DNA of 43,319 nucleotides from a bacterium. GTDB lineage: Bacteria; J088; JAWLBW01. The position numbers and the translations under genes were made by a program. The notes below the pieces were generated by a model. The model saw only the letters and a list, made by a program, of their open reading frames with translations, made no database searches and was not told where the DNA came from. Positions 39,414 to 43,319 of this stretch are shown here, piece after piece. Location: assembly GCA_041690355.1 (NCBI GenBank), contig JAWLHK010000030.1, forward strand, positions 1 to 43,319, read 5' to 3'. Position 1 is the stretch's first letter. The number at the start of each line of letters is the position of its first letter.

Positions 39414-39569
39414 TCACGGGAATGCCAATTGGCGCCAGTCGGGACTCAGCGTTGCAGTGGCACTGTCGGCAAGGTCGCGCTCAACTACGTGCAGGAGATC
39501 GCGGATTTCTTCCCGGCTGGGTTCGTGTCGAACCAGCCAGCCATTGCGGAGCCAGTCGTCCAAGCGCAT
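39414..39569 (-). pseudogene. Truncated (51 aa) putative HEPN-like partner of the MNT gene
   Basis: GGAGGAG RBS then MRLDDWLRNGWLVRHEPSREEIRDLLHVVERDLADS..LSPDWR, stopping just before a repeat tract; overlaps the MNT 3' end. Confidence 0.6.
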
Positions 39570-40146
39570 CGTCTCCTCCCAGTAGAAAAAGACGCTCCTG
39601 CTTTCGCAGTGCCGTCAGAAAATGCTGTTTCTCTGCGACCCGTCGCGCAAACTCCGCGGGGGGATAGACCGCAGGGTTGATTTCGCGTCCCAGGCGTTCC
39701 TGTGCGGGCGCCAGTGCAGACACGACCTCGGGAAACGAGGCGTCGCCGACGACCAGAATATCGATATCGCTGCCGCTCTGCAGCCCACCTCTTGCCGCAG
39801 AACCGTAGACAAAGGCGGCTTCAACGTTCCCGGCGACCGGCTCGAGCGCGATGCGCAGGATATCCACGAGGGCCCCGGTCTTGGTCAGGAGAGCAGCCAG
39901 CTCGCTAAAGATCGGAGACTCGGTATTGGCTTCAAAGAACACCTGATTTCCCCGCTCCGATCGGCGAATGAGGCCGATGCGCGTCAGGGTTTCGAGCTCC
40001 CGTTGAACGGCGCCATGGGCTGCACCGGTATGCCGGATCAGTTCCCGCAGGTAGAACTTTTCATGCGGATGCAGCAGCAGCCACCCGAGTACGCGATGAC
40101 GCGTTTCACCGAGGAGAACCGATGCGATGCTTCTTTCCGTACTCAT
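39481..40146 (-). CDS. Winged-HTH + minimal nucleotidyltransferase (MntA-like antitoxin)
   Basis: FYLRELIR..VQRELETL HTH; VYGSAARG..SDIDILVVG. Confidence 0.88.
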   Translation of the reverse strand: MSTERSIASVLLGETRHRVLGWLLLHPHEKFYLRELIRHTGAAHGAVQRELETLTRIGLIRRSERGNQVFFEANTESPIFSELAALLTKTGALVDILRIALEPVAGNVEAAFVYGSAARGGLQSGSDIDILVVGDASFPEVVSALAPAQERLGREINPAVYPPAEFARRVAEKQHFLTALRKQERLFLLGGDDALGRLAPQWLAGSTRTQPGRNPRSPARS

Positions 40147-40186
40147 TATGAGTACGATTGTACTCAATTCGGGTACGTAGCGTCAA
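40139..40186 (-). promoter_or_regulatory. Promoter with two tandem palindromic operators
   Basis: TTGACG-18-TACAAT (40186-40157); GTACTCA-TTA-TGAGTAC (40139-40155) and GTACTC-N5-GGGTAC (40160-40176). Confidence 0.7.
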
Positions 40187-40229
40187 CGAGTCGGCGGAGC
40201 GAATTTGGCGACATGACCCCTGCTCGCTG

Positions 40230-40330
40230 ACGCTCGCTGGAAGGGCAAGGAGAAAAAGAGAAATTCCCTTCCGCTACCCAGGGCGCTGCCCTGGGCAAAA
40301 AGCGCATCGCCCCTTCAGGGCTCTGAGGAA
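40230..40330. repeat. Dispersed REP-like repeat (second copy at ~41015-41112)
   Basis: CCCAGGGC..GCCCTGGG and GCCCCTTCAGGGC hairpins in both copies. Confidence 0.75.
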
Positions 40331-40439
40331 ACCGGGGTGGCTCCGCGGGCTCTCGTTCCGCTCCCCCTGGGGAGCCATCGTCCACTTAGTGCACATGGTT
40401 GGGGTCCGAATTGATCTGCCATTTGCTTTGCCATCTGGC

Positions 40440-40703
40440 ATTCGCGCTAGTTTATTGGTGATCAGGTCGGCTTTGGAAATGGCGGGAACCTGGAGCCCAT
40501 CGACGGGAACGGCCACCCGATGACGCCACGCATGGTCGAATAAGACGCCGTCAATGGAGGTGAGGAAATCGATTAGAAATCGATGTCACCGGTCGCGCGC
40601 GCGGCCAGCCGTACGCCGCGACTGCGTAGGCGCCGACGAGCAGGAACTCAACGCTCTCGTCGAGTAACGCAGACAAGATGTCGCGGTAATCGGGATTCAG
40701 CAA
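40440..40703 (-). pseudogene. Degenerate nucleotidyltransferase (DUF6036-like)
   Basis: LNPDYRDILSALLDESVEFLLVGAYAVAAYGWPRA, 2-nt slip in a CG run, TGDIDF-stop, then IDFLTSIDGV.F..AW..VPAISKADLITNK; the middle appears deleted. Confidence 0.75.
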
Positions 40704-40845
40704 GCAGCTCTCCCTGAAAGGCCCAGGCGTCCATCGTCAACTGCCAGACCAGCCCGATGCGCTCGGCAGGCGTGAGATCGCGGTAGGCGTCCTCGGCCTG
40801 GTCGAGCCGTCGTATTCGCACGGGAGTCGGGATGCCGTCGCGCAT
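40648..40845 (-). CDS. Small hypothetical protein (65 aa), upstream partner of the nucleotidyltransferase
   Basis: LTPAERIGLVWQLT..AW..RLPR pattern; overlaps the NTase start. Confidence 0.6.
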   Translation of the reverse strand: MRDGIPTPVRIRRLDQAEDAYRDLTPAERIGLVWQLTMDAWAFQGELLAESRLPRHLVCVTRRER

Positions 40846-40904
40846 ACCTGTATTCTAACAATCGCCGCGTGCGGTGACGAGAAGTGCTTGCAGAAGCAAC
40901 GAGA

Positions 40905-41790
40905 AACCCGTTTGCTCCCCTCGGGGAGCCATGGTTCACGATGCGCACGAGCGTGGGGGCCGCGCAAGCGGCACAGTGGACGCCCAGGCGGGGGCAATGA
41001 TCGCTGCTCACCGACGCTCGCGGGAAGGGCAATGAGAAAAAGAGGAATTCCCTCTCGCAACCCAGGGCCCTGCCCTGGGCGGATGGCCGTCGCCCCTTCA
41101 GGGCTCTGAGGAGACCGGCTTGATCGAGATGGTAGCCGCTCGGGACAGTGCTCCCACCTCCGCGCCGTCTGGCATTCGCGGAGCGCACACCCCCTGTCTT
41201 CCCCTTGGAGGGGGACCCAATACGGAGCGATATCACGCCGGCGTGAAGGCGAGGACGCATCGATTCCCGCTTGCTCCCCCCGGGGAGCCCTAGTTCACGA
41301 GTTTCACAGGGTGGGGGCCCGAAGGGGTCCGCAATCGCCTGCAGCAACAGGTGCTCCCCTGGGGGAGCCGTGACTCACGATGTGCGCAAGGTGGGGGCCG
41401 CGCCAGCGGAGGCAGGCCATGGGCGCCCTCTCGCTGCCGCGGTCGCGCTGCTCCCGCTGTCCGCTCGAGACGAACGGATCTGCCAGCTGCCATCTGCGAT
41501 CCGCCATTTGTCATTCGAGCAGCACCTGTTTGCTCCCCCGGGGAGCCATGCTTCACGATGTGCACAAGGTGGGGGCCCGAAGGGATTTGCCATCTGCGAT
41601 CTGCCATCCGGCATTGGCGCAGCCCTTCAGGGCTCTGAGGAAACCGGCAGGAGGCAGGGGGTCGCTGCTCGGGGGAACGGTACTCTCGTGTGGCGAATGG
41701 CCTCCGGCGGCGCGAAGTCCGAGGAAGCACGTGGCCCTTGCCCTTGTTTCTCCCCCACTCTCCCACTCCCCCACTCCCCCCCTCCCGCCG
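40905..41790. repeat. Large non-coding mosaic of repeat modules
   Basis: Several GCTCCCC-GGGGAGC modules, copies of the 39178 and 40230 repeats, GCCATCT heptamers and CCCACTCC octamers. Confidence 0.8.
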
Positions 41791-41839
41791 CAATCCGTGA
41801 GGCCCACACGCACGGACCTCAACTTGCTAAGATGAACCC

Positions 41840-42835
41840 ATGCGCATCGCGGTCTTCGACACCCACCAGTACGAACGGCGCGCCTTCGAGGCGGCGAACG
41901 CAGACTACGGTCACGAACTGGTCTATCTGGAACCGCGCCTCACGGCGGCCACCGTGCCGCTGGCCGAAGGGTTCCCCGCGGTCTGCGTCTTCATCCACGA
42001 CGATCTGAGCGCGCCGGTGTTGGGGGAACTGCACAGGTTTGGCGTGCGTCTCGTCGATCTGCGATCGGCCGGCTACAACAATGTGGACCTCGACGCCGCG
42101 CGGCGCCTGGGGATGCCCGTCGTGCGCGTGCCCGAGTATTCCCCCTATGCCGTGGCCGAACATGCGGTGGCGCTGCTGCTCGCGCTGAACCGCCGCGTGC
42201 ACCGCGCCTACCTGCGCCAGCAGGAGCAGATCTTCTCGCTCGAGGGCCTGGTGGGCTACGACGTGCACGGCAAGACGGTCGGCATCGTCGGCCTGGGTCG
42301 CATCGGGCGCGCCTTTGCGCAGATCATGCGTGGATTCGGTTGCCGCCTGCTCGGCTACGACATCGCCGTGCATCCGGATCTCGCGCAGGAGCTCGGTCTG
42401 CGTCAGGTCTCCTTTGAGGAGCTGCTCGAAACATCGGACATCGTGTCGCTGCACGCGCCGCTGACCCCGGCCACGCATCACCTGATCGACGCGGCGGCGT
42501 TCGCGCGCATGAAGCGCGGGGTCGTGCTGTTGAACACGAGCCGCGGAGCGCTCGTCGACAGCCGGGCGCTCATCGACGCCATCAAGCGCGGGCATCTGGG
42601 GGCGGCCGGACTCGACGTGTACGAAGAAGAAGAAGGGGTCTTTTACGAGAACCTCTCGGATCAGGTCATCCAGGACGACGTGCTCGTGCGCCTCATGTCC
42701 TTCCCCAACGTCCTCATCACGTCGCACCAGGGCTTTCTGACCCGCGAAGCCCTCGCCAACATCGCCCACACGTCCCTCGCCAACGCCACCGCCTTCGAGC
42801 GCGGCGAACCGCTGGTGAACGAAGTGACCCGGTAG
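41840..42835 (+). CDS. ldhA: D-lactate dehydrogenase (D-2-hydroxyacid dehydrogenase)
   Basis: LRSAGYNNVD, RVPEYSPYAVAEH, GIVGLGRIG, NTSRG, GLDVYEEE, NVLITSHQGFLT. Confidence 0.93.
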   Translation: MRIAVFDTHQYERRAFEAANADYGHELVYLEPRLTAATVPLAEGFPAVCVFIHDDLSAPVLGELHRFGVRLVDLRSAGYNNVDLDAARRLGMPVVRVPEYSPYAVAEHAVALLLALNRRVHRAYLRQQEQIFSLEGLVGYDVHGKTVGIVGLGRIGRAFAQIMRGFGCRLLGYDIAVHPDLAQELGLRQVSFEELLETSDIVSLHAPLTPATHHLIDAAAFARMKRGVVLLNTSRGALVDSRALIDAIKRGHLGAAGLDVYEEEEGVFYENLSDQVIQDDVLVRLMSFPNVLITSHQGFLTREALANIAHTSLANATAFERGEPLVNEVTR

Positions 42836-42927
42836 CGCACCCCCCTGCCGTCCCCCGACCGGGGGACCCAAAACGGAGCGATACTTCGGCGAGCCTATCG
42901 GTGGCGGACCTTCGGCAGGGCTCGAAG

Positions 42928-43319
42928 AATCGGATCAGATAGATTGCTCCCCTTCTCGCTCCAACCGGTACGCCGAGCGGACTGCGTATGGAGGGAGAAG
43001 GGGATGGGGGAAGTGGGTGGCACTCACAAGCGCTGAAGAAACCCCGCCACCGCCCCCTCCGCACGCGAATCCGTGCAAACCGATCTCCCCCGCCTCCTCC
43101 ATACCACGCGCGCAGGTGCACCACGTCGAACCCCACGGACGCAGGCCCGGCGCGCGTTGGAGGAGGAGGGGGAGAAAAATCGGATCAGATAAATTGCTCC
43201 CCTTCTCCCTCCAACCGGTGCGCCGAGCGGACTGCGTATGGAGGGAGAAGGGGATGGGGGAAGTGGGTGGCACTCACAAGCGCTGAAGAAACCCCGCCAC
43301 CGCCCCCTCCGCACGCGAA
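42928..43319. repeat. Tandem array with a ~250-bp unit, diverged relative of family A, running off the window end
   Basis: AATCGGATCAGATA at 42928 and 43178; shares TTGCTCCCCTTCTC..CTGCGTATGG..GAAGGG and CCGCCACCGCCCCCTCCGCA with family A. Confidence 0.9.

Overview
High-GC bacterial chromosomal window with no rRNA, tRNA or CRISPR. It holds (i) a compact dTDP-3-amino/acetamido-3,6-dideoxyhexose glycosylation module (acyltransferase, FdtA/QdtA, FdtB/QdtB, GT2, convergent rfbB-rfbA) bracketed by same-orientation arrays of a ~263-bp structured repeat; (ii) several toxin-antitoxin loci, most with a broken gene; (iii) a visibly lower-GC defence island (~15.4-22.2 kb) next to a complete type I R-M system; (iv) PhoD-like, membrane and hypothetical genes, and ldhA. 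Intergenic DNA is saturated with modular palindromic repeats. The best candidate for an undescribed system is a coupled three-gene operon: a Pycsar-type membrane effector, a tandem (pseudo-heterodimeric) class III nucleotide cyclase and a stand-alone E2-like protein with no E1 or JAB in the window. It is divergent from an XRE-HTH/IrrE peptidase + PIN pair whose near-consensus promoter is overlapped by a perfect 22-bp palindrome. All family calls come from motif recognition by eye, not database searches, and repeat boundaries are approximate.
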